NCBI GenBank assembly: GCA_012295275.1
Contig: CM022671.1
Coordinates: 36,332,001 to 36,396,000 of the forward strand
Length of the DNA: 64,000 nucleotides
Source: Chrysomallon squamiferum
Lineage: Eukaryota; Animalia; Mollusca
Direction of reading: 5' to 3'
The notes under the pieces are model-generated. The model was given only the letters and a program-made list of their open reading frames with translations, searched no databases and was not told the origin of the DNA. This document shows, one piece after another, positions 42,873 to 54,309 of the stretch. Within the stretch, counting starts at the first letter, position 1. The number at the start of each line of letters is the position of its first letter. The translations under genes were made by a program, and so were the position numbers.

Positions 42873-42935
42873 ATAACCCTAAAATTCTTCCTAATCCTTA
42901 CCCCAACCCTAAACCTGATCCTAACCCTAACCTTA
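42873..42935. repeat. Degenerate (CCCTAA)-like tract
   Basis: taaccctaaa..cctaatccttaccccaaccctaaacctgatcctaaccctaacctta. Confidence 0.7.
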
Positions 42936-42990
42936 AAAATAGAACTGACTTTTATAATTATGACAGATCCTACCACAAGCACTTGCACCA

Positions 42991-43183
42991 ATTTGATCAA
43001 AAACCTGGTTTGGAGTTGTAACATCCTTGTAAGAGTAGCTGTTTAGAAACTAGGTTTTGTTAATAGCAGTGGCGCCATATTAGAATTTGGAGGGAAACGA
43101 AAAATGTGAGATTCGCTATTGATTTTTGTTTTTGCACGTGGTAAAAAGTTTATAGATTATATAGACTAGTGGAAAGGAAATGC

Positions 43184-43218
<35 letters not shown>

Positions 43219-43809
43219 AAAGGTATTTTATTCAAATTTCTTTATGGTAGAAATGCTGGAACTTTCGTAATTCTTGCCAAACATTTAAATAAGAACATTT
43301 TGTTGAAGAGATCATCCAAATTTGATAAAGGCATTTCTTGAAATAAGCTTTTTATCAGTAACGGTTGACCTGTTTCCACAAAATATAAAATTCCTACATT
43401 TGATCAAAAACCTGGTTTGGAGTTGTAACATTCTTATAAGAGTAGCTGTTTAGAAACTAGCTTTTGTTAATAGCAGTGGCGCCATATTAGAATATGGAGG
43501 GAAACGAAAAATGTGAGATTCGCTATTGATTTTTGTTTTTGCACGTGGTAAAAAGTTTATAGATTATATAAAGTATTGGAAAGGAAATGCTAACACACAC
43601 ACACACACACACACACACAAGAAAGAAAAATATTTTATTCAAATTTCTTTATGGTAGAAATGCTGGAACTTTCGAATTCTTGCCAAACATATTTAAAAAA
43701 GAACATTTTGTTGAATAGATCATCCAAATTTGATAAAGGCATTTCTTGAAATAAGCTTTTTATCAGTAAAGGTTGACATGTTTCCACAAAATTTAAACGT
43801 CCTACATTC
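42991..43809. repeat. Recent tandem duplication, two copies of about 408 bp
   Basis: Both copies start atttgatcaaaaacctggtttggagttgtaac (about 42991 and 43399) and are nearly identical, each with a (CA)n tract. Confidence 0.95.
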
Positions 43810-44277
43810 GGAGTGGATTTTTGACAACTTTGAAATTCAGTATCTTTACCAATTTTTTTTTTATTTTTTTTTTATTTTTTTATAGATATCTTCATAACGT
43901 TGTTCTTTTTCATCTAGGACTAAATGTCTTTCAACTGGTATCAAACACATTTTCATCAGACAATAATAACTTAAAAAATAAAATGTGTTAGCATCACTAC
44001 TAAAAAATGACTAACAGAATATACTTATGTATGCATTTGCACAAAAATAATTTGGTTTCAAAAGTTTGAGGTAGTTACTAAGTTAGGAGAGATTGTTTAA
44101 ATCATGGTTTCGCAACATGAATAACCATCCATACTTTTATTAGTGTAAATTAAAAAAAAAAAAATACAGATAACGGACGTACAATTGCTGAATGTCGGTT
44201 TACGAGCGCTCACGAAAACTCCCGATCAAAATTGAAAATGGCGAAGTCGGTCGCCGATCAGTATTAACATTAGTACG

Positions 44278-44357
44278 AAATATAGTACGAAACGGGTACG
44301 AAGTGGTTTGTGTAACTTTGTACTCACAGCAGTTCGTATCCGTTTCGTACTATATTT
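44278..44357. other. 80-nt hairpin with 25-bp arms
   Basis: aaatatagtacgaaacgggtacgaa (44278-44302) versus ttcgtatccgtttcgtactatattt (44333-44357): 24/25 complementary, and the mismatch is a G-U pair. Confidence 0.85.
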
Positions 44358-45739
44358 TTTTCAAATATTATTACACTGTCACCAGCAAAAATATTTCCTG
44401 AAAACAAAATATTTTTCGCAGAAGTTGGCGGATGTGACTGAACTATAAATTATAATGAAGTATTTCATCGAGTCATTAGGTAACATTTAATATATATATA
44501 TATATTTTTTTTTCCTTATGATGATATTCATTAATATGGATACGTTATTCTGCCAAAATATGATTTGATCCTGCTAAATACCACACATTTCTAAACCGAC
44601 TGGCAGTAGACTGAGTAGTAAGTCAATAACCACAGGGAGCAATACTAACCGCTGCTAAGTGTGCTCAGTACTTTTCTTTTTTTATCAGCAATCTGTAATT
44701 CCCAGCCTGAAATCTTACGCTAATTTACTATATAATTTAAAGCAAAACGAAGCCAAATATCACTTTATTTTGTTAGAGAAATATCTTTATTTTAAGAGGT
44801 AACTGAAAATCTGAAAATAAAGCGGTATAGAGAAACCGATAAACATGATAAAATGAATATTAGAACAAAATAGTAAAAAACCGAAAACTTGATTTTGCTG
44901 TTTAGAATATTTAAATGGAACATATAGATTATCAACTTTAACTTTTTGCCTTGTATTTCAAGACATTTCAAGTGGAGCGATAGTGCCCAAATTCGATACC
45001 CCCCCCCCCGCAGGTTCGATAATTAAACATTAACTAAAACAATAATTCAGGAATGGTCTCCAGCTGATTTACCAGTTGAAACAGGCCTAAGGTATATTAT
45101 TTAACTCGGTAAGTCTACCTGTGTTAACATGTTCATTAAACAAACTCTTTTTTGAATAGATAACGCAAATTTGATACAGATATCTCTTGAAGTAAGTTTA
45201 AGGTTGACTATTTCCTTCAATGAACAAAATCTGTCAAAATACCGTTACACAGAAAATGGATTTGCTGTAAAGTTTGAAATGACATCATTTTCACTGTTAT
45301 AGATATATTCAAAAAGTGCGTTGTTTTTTAAATTTGGGTTTGGCTTTCTTTAATCTGTATAGAATACATCTTCATTTGACAGTTTAAAAAAAAAATGGAA
45401 AAAAAGAAATGTATTCACATTGGTTTTCTCTGGCATAATCATTTTACTAAAACAATTAGAAATAATTTAAATTAATTTATATTGAAATATTTGTTATTAT
45501 TATTATTATTTTTTGTTTATCAACAGGTTTCAACAGCAGAAAAGGATATTTTGATTTCTGTTTGAGAGAATACAAGAGGTACAAGAGGTACATCCATTCT
45601 AGATTACACTCCAACTTCTAAGATGTCACAGAATTTGTTATCCAGTCAAAATCGTAATAAAAATTTATTTCTTATAGTAAGTTCAGATTTAGATACCAGA
45701 TTTGTTTTTCATTATACATAGATTTCTCTTTTGTAGGTA

Positions 45740-46598
45740 ATGGAAGAAATAGAAGTATCTCTGTGTCTACATTCTAGGATGCGTTGCCAGGAAACAGGTT
45801 TGTGTTATCCAGATTCTACAAACCCTGGAAACTTCAAAAGTAATCATTTAATGTGTTCTATTAATAACATTGTAACAATAAAATGCACACAAAATTTTCT
45901 TTTTAATGTCAGTTCATTTTATTTACACTAAAAATGAGTGTTATGACATTATCATCAAACCATTCATTGTGTCTACCAGATCATGTGTGAAATACTTAAA
46001 AATCAGTAGAATGGTGTATTTTGTGACTGAATCATGTGCAAACCTTTCCAGTATCATCAGATACGTTCAGAAAACAATATTTTACTGAAAATTAAATAAG
46101 ATGGCACCAAAGAAAAGATTGGGGAAGATAACCCTTTTTCTGAAATTTTTAAGTACTCTTCTGGTGACTAATAAAATACACATAGGATACTGACACACAG
46201 TGCATTAAAATATAAGTCCCTTTTCAGGCTTTTGAACCATTTTTTCATTTTAGCACTGTGTGTGTGTCCATATGCATATAAAATTTTTTTGTTGTACTTG
46301 TGTATGGTATTTCAGTAAACTTGGTGTTGCAATTTCCACAAATTGTAACTAACATAAATAGGTTCCTTTTAAAAAAAAAAAAAAATTTAACTATAAAATA
46401 ACAATATATTATTTTTTTGTAGAGCCTCCTGCTACAAATTACTTGCAGGCATATTTGCAGTCTCTAAGTGTTTTTCCAAAAGCTCATTGTCATCCAGAGG
46501 AGATACGTCATCCAAAAGAGAAACTGCAGAATATAGACATAAGCCGATATAGAAGTCCGTGTGATTGTATAGAAAATGAAATACGACTGTCACATTAG
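45740..46598 (+). CDS. Truncated paralog (copy 2) of the orphan gene; 77-aa ORF or pseudogene
   Basis: Region 45450-46920 is colinear with 35560-37980. Exons 45740-45797 and 46423-46598 give MEEIEVSLCLHSRMRCQETEPPATNYLQAYLQSLSVFPKAHCHPEEIRHPKEKLQNIDISRYRSPCDCIENEIRLSH*. The copy-1 ATG is lost in the first exon (from 45527). Confidence 0.5.
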
Positions 46599-47010
46599 TA
46601 CGTACAGTACAGTATATTTGTATACAAGCCTGAAATGTTTTAAAAACAGCATTGTTTTGTACAGTTAATTATTATTATTATTATTTAGTAAACTTATTTG
46701 TATATTTTTTCTTTTGTTAGAGATTTTACAATTGTATAAAAGCCAGGTTCAAACTACCAGATAAACATTTATAATTATACAAAAAAAAAAAAAAAAAAAT
46801 TATTTACACTTTATATTTTATGGTTTTTGAAGTGTTGCTGTATCATGTAACTCAAGAGCCAGTAAAAAGTAACTTTGAGTACCAGTTCACTGTGTGGAGA
46901 AAATCCAGTATTTGTTTTGTTTGATGCACACAAGTGTAAAAATTCAGTTACAACAAACTGTTTGGTCCCAGCAGCAGTTACAAGTGATTTTCAAATACTG
47001 TTTAATTTCT

Positions 47011-48140
47011 TCTGTGAATAACTGTTAAATGTTTGGAAATGAAAATGTATTGGTATTAAATATTTTTAAAAATGCAGTGTTGTGTTACAGAAATACCTGC
47101 AGGGTGAGCCCAGGGCGTGGCGACCAATCACAGTGATAAAAGAGGGACAGACTTGTTCATCTTTCTCTGCTGCAGCCAGTGCCTGAGTGTCCTGTCATGA
47201 CAATCACACTTAGTGTTTGTTATGTCTGAAAACAAATTCTTGTCACACTTTTTATGTGTATACAGACCTACAGACATTAAAACAGTTTTAGTTTTTTTTG
47301 TGTAATACATTTTGAATTAATACCTTTTTTCTCTTTTTTTAGTCACTGTTATTGGTGGCAAATTGTGAATTATTTTTGTGCAATTTGTATTTGAATGTAG
47401 ATCTAGTTTTGAATTTGTTTGATAGATTTTTTTTAATTATTATTATTTTTTTTGTTTCTCATTTGACAGAATTCGACTCATAATATTTCAAAGATCTTAG
47501 AATTTTGTACACTCACTGCATGCAGTACTTTGATTATCACTTTTATAAAACCATTTGAAATGTCTTGATACATATTCACAGCTTGCTAAACCATAGAAAC
47601 AAAAACAAATTAATAACTGTTTTTCCTTTTATGTGACACGTCACATGATCAGTCCTCTGATTACACCACACCTAGATTTATTAATCTTCTGTTGAATGTA
47701 AAAATAAAAAAAATGCTTTATGTAAATTTTAAAAAGTCTCATAAGATATTTGTTTAAAATTCTAAGTAAATAAAAGCAATAGAGAGGCCTTAATAGAGGA
47801 AGTTATTTTTGAGAATGTATAAAACACTGATTAATTTGTTCATTTTTAATCAAAGTAAAAAGTTTCTTTTTGTTTTTTAAATTAATAATTTCTTATTTTT
47901 TTATTATTTTTTTTATCAGGTCTATTTTTTCTATAAAATTACTGTAATATATTATTGTTATTACTATTATTATTATGGTTATTATTATTATTATTAAATC
48001 CTTGTTTTAAAAACCATGGTAGATGTAATCTTTGAGCAACATGTATTAATGAAATTCTTTTTTTTTTTTTAATCTTTGTTTTTTTAATTATTTATTTATT
48101 CAAATAAAGCTAAGTAAAATTAAGAGATTTTCTAATGAAG
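47011..48140 (+). pseudogene. Duplicated last coding exon (47091-47186) and 3' region of gelsolin B
   Basis: 47011-47260 is almost identical to 22848-23097, including the acceptor and [31 protein letters not shown]. Further downstream it matches 23620-24570 less closely. Confidence 0.9.
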
Positions 48141-49877
48141 TTATTCTCACACACTTTAAATATAAATATATTCTATTTTTTATAAAAAAATTTTTTATAA
48201 ATCTTGCAGGCTTTTCCAAAATATTTGAAGTTAATTTGTTTGTTAAACATTACTTTAAACATGGAATTGGGTGAAACTTATATTAATTAGGATTGAACAA
48301 ACAGACTTCAATTACATTTATATTTATGTGTGTTTGCTAATTTACATGTGCTGGTATCTGTATCTTTATTATAAATTCAAAGCTGAAGTTAATTGCTTTT
48401 GTTAAAGATCATTTTTAACACATGGGATTGGGTGAAACATTTAGGATTGAATGAATTTCAAGAATGTTTTGAGTGATTAATGAGCACCAATTTTACGTCG
48501 ATAGATTGTTTCATTAGTATCGGACTGAGTGGGACTATATTAATACATTTACAAGTTTCATATTATGTTACTTCTTACTTGGTTTGGTTTGTGAAGGATA
48601 TTCCAGCTTTGGAAATCTTTACTATGCATTGTAATAATTAAATACAGTTTTAAGAATCTGGTCAGTTCGCTGTCCTTGGAGATGCCAGTGTTACAGTGTC
48701 TTAATATTTCTATATCAGTGATTACCTATTATTAAAATGTTTTGATCTGAAACCTGTATTGGTTGTTTGTTCCCAAGACAGTGCTTTAGTGAGTATTTTT
48801 TGGTATGTGTAAATAATGTATGTAGCATATGTATAAAAATTCTGTAAGGTAATTCAGCTCTATTTTACCAGTTATTTTTTTACATATAATGATACTGATG
48901 ATATTATTAGAGTGTGGACTAATCCAGTGTATGGAAAGCTTGATTGAAAAAATATTTATTATTTTTATTTGTTTGTAATTAAATAAAGTTTATGCATATA
49001 TTTGTTTTGTTCTTGTTGCTAGTATATGACTTGTCAGTTACAAAATGTTTTCTTAAACAGATTTAATATTTTTCTGATGAAATATATGCATATTAAGCTT
49101 GAGAAATTAATATATGTAACAAACACGTTTTTTGTTTTACTGTTGTGTGCTAGTAAGATACAAGTTACTCTATTAAATGATTTTACACGTTACACAGATG
49201 AAGTTTAGGCATAGCACTGCAAAAGAAATCAAATTATTAATACAGATATTTCATCATAAAATCTTTTGATTTTATCTCATTTTATTATTATTATTTTACC
49301 CTACAAATGTTATCAAGTTTTCTGTTTAATAAAACAGATTAATTAATTATTTATTTTTCCCTAAATGAAAGGATAATATTAAATCTAACAATATTAAAAA
49401 GAAAAATATTTAAAAAATAATTGTTTATGCTGTTGATTTTAGGAAACAATATATTATGAAATGATCAGTAGTGGCTAGCTTTATTATAAAATTAAAAATG
49501 AGTTAAAAAAAAATAATGAAAACAAAAATTCCTATGAACTGTGAAATAAAATAATGGTTTATCTGATTTGTATGAGGGGAAAAAACCTTGCTATTTGAAA
49601 AAAAAAAATAAAAAATACTGATGAAAGAAAGAAAGAAAGAAAAAGAAAGCTTAACTGACCATAAGTGTATTGGATACTTTTTAATGATTAATAGTTATTC
49701 CTTATGTTAGGTTTAAAAGCAGTTTTATAAATATTTTTACAAGTCATTACAGGATAAAAATATCCACATAACGGAAAAAGTCGCGGACCGTGGAATCAGT
49801 CTACATGTAAAACAACACTGGAAAAAGAAATATTCATTGTTCTATCGCGAAACTGAACATGCGGTTTCAAAAATATA

Positions 49878-51362
49878 CTCTCCCAAAAAAGAAACGCAAA
49901 ATGGTTGCTTTTTTAGATAACTATTGTAAAATGACACATATCTATGTACAAACTATTAATATAATGACATTTGGTGATTCAAACATATAGCTTTTGTTAC
50001 AGGCGCCAAAAAGCAGGTATGAAGGCTATGATCGTGTTTATTAACCAAAACGTCCCCGCATGCAAACCACGTTACCAGTGCATGTGCACGTATGGCACAT
50101 GAAACTTGAATACGAGGCTTATAAAAATGCAAGGTTTTCGAATACATCTGTTTGTTATTTTTGTTCTGACCCAACATCAAACAAATGCCACGACTGAGTG
50201 AACCGCAACGAAACAACACCATCGGCCGTTTACAAGCTGGCGAATCCTTCTCGGCCGTAGCCCGGGTGTTCCATGTATCCCTAAGCACCATCTTGAGAAT
50301 GTGGTATCGGTTTCAGCAACACCAAACAACACGTGACCGTCCCATATCAGGTAGACCACGTGTATCCACCAGGGCCCAGGACCGCTACATACGGGTACTT
50401 CATCTACAGGAAAGCACCACCACGGCCACCTCTACTGCTTCAGCAATACCAGGTCTGCGTAGAATATCGGCTCAGATAGTACACAACCGTTTACGAGAGG
50501 CAGATATTTGAGCCAGACGGTCTGTAAGAAGAGTGATTTTGACTCAACAACATCGTCGATTACGACGTCAGTGGTGTCAAGTGCACAGAGTCTGGCCTCA
50601 AATACGACGGAGGACTGTCTGGTTTAGTGACGAGTCTTGATTTCGTGACGAGCTGATGGAAGATGTCGAGTTTACAGACGTCGTGGTGAACGTTTTGCTG
50701 CAAACGGCATACAGGAAGCGGACAGATTTGGCGGTGGTAGTGTGATGGTGTGGGCAGCAATCTCATACACTGGCAGGACCAACCTGGTTCACATCCAAGG
50801 CAACTTAACGGCACAGAAAAATAAGGTGAAATTTTGCAGCCACATGTCGCTCCAATTATGAATAATGGTAACGCTGAATTCCAGCACGACAATGCGAGAC
50901 CACATACAGCCAAACTCACAACAGCGTACCTACACAACTATAACAATCAGGTCCTGCCCTGGCCCTCTAAGTCTCCAGATTTAAACCCTATAGAGCATTT
51001 ATGGGACGAGTTGGATAGACATCTGAGGCAGCATCAACCAAAGCCACAGAACCGTGCTCAGTTGGCATTATTACTACAGACAGAGTGGGCCACCATTCCA
51101 CAAGGTGTAATTCGTAATGTCATTACTGCCATGGGAAGGAGATGTCAGGCAGTTCTGGACCCTCATGGTGTGCACACAATGTATTGATATTATACTGTTA
51201 TAACCTTGAACTTTAACCTTTTCAGTGTATGTAATACCATCAATATTAATGAACTGCGAAAGTGTGTGTAAAATGTGAACATTCTGCTGCTTTCTGTTGA
51301 TCCATTAGATGGATATTCCCAATGTCAATAAAATCTACTTTTGCGTTTCTTTTTTGTTAGAG
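49878..51362 (+). mobile_element. Tc1-family (DD34E) DNA transposon, full length but inactivated
   Basis: TIRs ctctcccaaaaaagaaacgcaaaa and ttttgcgtttctttttgttagag, with TA on both flanks (49876-49877, 51363-51364). Confidence 0.93.
50185..51187 (+). pseudogene. Tc1 transposase pseudogene
   Basis: HTH N-terminus with GRPR; WFSDES, GGGSVMVW, FQHDNARPHT and WPSKSPDLNPIEHLWDEL. In-frame TGA at 50509-50511 and 50638-50640, plus frameshifts. Confidence 0.93.
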
Positions 51363-51546
51363 TATATTAGTACCTCTTCGTCACTGTTAATATTGCATAG
51401 AAGTTTTAATTGTTTGTAATTCTTTTTCTGTCATTATTTCGGTAGCGTTGTTATTTAATATAAATTACCTTTTAGGCTCTAAGGGTAGAATTTGCCATAA
51501 CATGCCTAGGATATTGGTTGATTGATTCTAAAATTATGCTGTAAAA

Positions 51547-51601
<55 letters not shown>

Positions 51602-51956
51602 TTTCCGAATGTATTGATGCGCTTAGTATATGTATAATATTTAAAGATTGCATTTGTCCTGAATATTTTGTTAAAAACCAACTCCTGGTAATTCGGACTT
51701 AATCATCTGCTCTGAGTCGTCTACTCTAAATAAGATAAGAAAAAAAGAAATCGAATATAATGTAATATAATATTAAAATGAGCATCAAAAGGAACAAGGC
51801 GCTAAGAATAGAATGCTAATCATGTACTTAATTAGAATATTTAATTTCGTGACGTCGCAAAACGAAGACAGAGTTACCCACCCGCTGATGTAAATAATGA
51901 TATGACGTAATTAATCAGCTCGTCTTTAACAATAATATGTATAACATGCCTCTGAA

Positions 51957-52853
51957 ATGCCCGTGTCATCTTTTCTCAAGAACTCTTTCTGTTTTTCAAA
52001 AGCAGAAGATGGAATAGAATCTCAAGCTAAATGGGAAGCAAAGAATGGTAAAAAGAAAAATAGTACAGGAAAACTTGCAATCAAAATTTCTGAAGGATCA
52101 CTTGATGTGACTTCGTTTGATTCTGAAATAGAATTGTCGAAAATAATGCCAGCAACGCTTCCGGCACAGCGAGAGAAACAAACAACAGATACAGAAGGAA
52201 TTAAATCTTGTCCCCCATCGTCTCAAAAACAGTCAGAACAATCGCTACTTTCAGAAAACAGCAGAAACACCCCGAACGGTCAGATACCTCGTCGTCGTTA
52301 CTTACGAGCAGGTCCTATTCCTAAACAATCACCATCCACAATAGATGCCCAGCAGCCCCATCACCAGTGCGAATTGTTTTCTACAGTTGAACAAACTTTG
52401 AAAAACAGTTCCAACAAAAGATTATCAGAGGATAAATATATACAGTGCCCATCGGAGTCCGGGCTGCCACTAGCCGGAAAGAGAAGTAACGATAATCAGA
52501 GTTATTCTAATTCTCAAGGATTTGATAGCAGTAGTACCAACACTCAGATATCCAGCAGCTTTTGCGATCAAACAACTTCGACGTTGTCACAGGGACAGGG
52601 CAGTGAGCCCGACGTGTCTAAAGTCAATTGCTGGCAACTTTCTTGTTTCCAGCAGAAAGCAAAAGAAGAACGGGTCGTGTCTCCGACGCCTGTAGACTTT
52701 GTCGAGAGTGAATACTGGGCAACACAAGACGAATTAAACAGCATCAGCGCCAGAGACGTTATCAGATTGGCGAGTAGTCAAAAAGTTTTCGGAGACAGGA
52801 CGAACCTCTGTGATCAGAGTATGTCACTTATTAGTATGAATATTTTTATGTAG
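51957..52853 (+). CDS. Ser/Gln-rich 298-codon ORF; probably the first coding exon (51957-52818) of the BTB-Kelch gene, or an independent single-exon gene
   Basis: Long open frame with raised GC. A phase-1 donor A|GTATGT at 52819 matches the phase-1 acceptor at 53458. If unspliced, there is a TAG at 52851-52853 and AATAAA at about 52884. Confidence 0.65.
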   Translation: MPVSSFLKNSFCFSKAEDGIESQAKWEAKNGKKKNSTGKLAIKISEGSLDVTSFDSEIELSKIMPATLPAQREKQTTDTEGIKSCPPSSQKQSEQSLLSENSRNTPNGQIPRRRYLRAGPIPKQSPSTIDAQQPHHQCELFSTVEQTLKNSSNKRLSEDKYIQCPSESGLPLAGKRSNDNQSYSNSQGFDSSSTNTQISSSFCDQTTSTLSQGQGSEPDVSKVNCWQLSCFQQKAKEERVVSPTPVDFVESEYWATQDELNSISARDVIRLASSQKVFGDRTNLCDQSMSLISMNIFM

Positions 52854-53457
52854 CTAGAAATATATATTTATATATAAAACATGAATAAAATAAAATAAAG
52901 GAGATAGACGCTGCAGTCATAAAAATAAAACTGGAAACAAAGAATAGGGGAATGCCATCTCCCTGCGAACTCTCCATTTCTATCACAACAACAACAATAG
53001 TAGTAATAGTAGTAGTAGTAATAAAACACTGACACTATAAGCAGTTTTTTTTTAAGTTTTTTGTTTTTTTGTTTTTTTTTTGGGGGGGGGCACAGTGATA
53101 TTCATATATATATATATATATATTCGAATTATTGTATTATATTACTTTCATTTATTTATTTTGGAAACGCAGATACATCCGAATGAAATTATTTCCTTTC
53201 TCAGGGAGATTCTTTTGCCTTTTCTGCACATAATTAACAATGTGATATGTATTGTTAAAATAATAATAATAAATAAAAAGTAGAACCGAAATAAAATAAT
53301 ACTCCTTTTATTCAAACGACATATTTACAAAATAAAAAAGTTCATACTATGTCTGCCTATTGCATATTTGCTCACGTTTGCTACATACATGGATATAAAT
53401 ACAGGCAGATGTGCTCATTGTTACCTGTGTAAAAAAATACATTAATTCTTTTTCCAG

Positions 53458-54257
53458 ATGCTTCCAGTTTGGATTCGGAAAAAGAACTTGGCGAATTCTA
53501 CAACAGTAGACAAGTAGCACAGCTTTCGAAAAACAACTGCGGCCGCTTTTCACCGTCAACGTATTCGGGCGATAAAAGTGGTTCAAATTCGAGAAATGAG
53601 TACGAAGGTAGTGCGTACAGTTACTCCGAAAGTGGAGAGGATGTAAGTCAAAGCTACGAACCATCGCAAAGCTACGGAACCTCGCAAAGCTATGAAACGT
53701 CGCAAGTGGGTTCAAGTGCGGCCACCAGTGCGTACACGACTGGAACGAGTGCGCTCACCGGCAGGGCTAGCAGTATGCTGTCCGCCAGTGTCCCCGCCGC
53801 GGGATCCGCTGGTACGGCTACTTCCAGGGATGTACAAACTCCTTTTCGAGGTACTCATTGTTTAAACACACAGTCAGAAACGTAAATATCATCTCCCAGT
53901 TATTTCCTCTGTGTGAAATATATTTTATCTTAAATATGAATGAGATATATATGGGAAATTATATATGGGTAAAAACCTGTCTGCTCTACTTTGCTTACCA
54001 CTCTCAAACATTCGCTTTTTATAATGTGCCGGGAGGGGGGAATGTAAACAAGTTCTAAATGTAAGCAGTCTTATACTAGCAGGTTTCTTCATAAAACAGT
54101 CTTCAACAAATCTTCGCTCAACAAAATATGGCTAGGTAATTTGATTCTGAGATCTACTATTTATACTGGCGCCAAAAGGCCAAGTTATTGTTTTCTTATG
54201 TAATTTGTTATTCTATTTAATTCAGTGAACATTCTCCCTTAATATTAATATTATTAC

Positions 54258-54309
<52 letters not shown>

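Noticed and set aside
42873-42935. Telomere-like repeats in the same window as the telomere gene STN1
   Set aside because: The tract is short, degenerate, about 29 kb from STN1 and of a kind common within invertebrate repeats. No functional link is supportable.
50560-50937. 125-aa minus-strand ORF with a signal-peptide-like start
   Set aside because: It is the antisense shadow of the Tc1 transposase.
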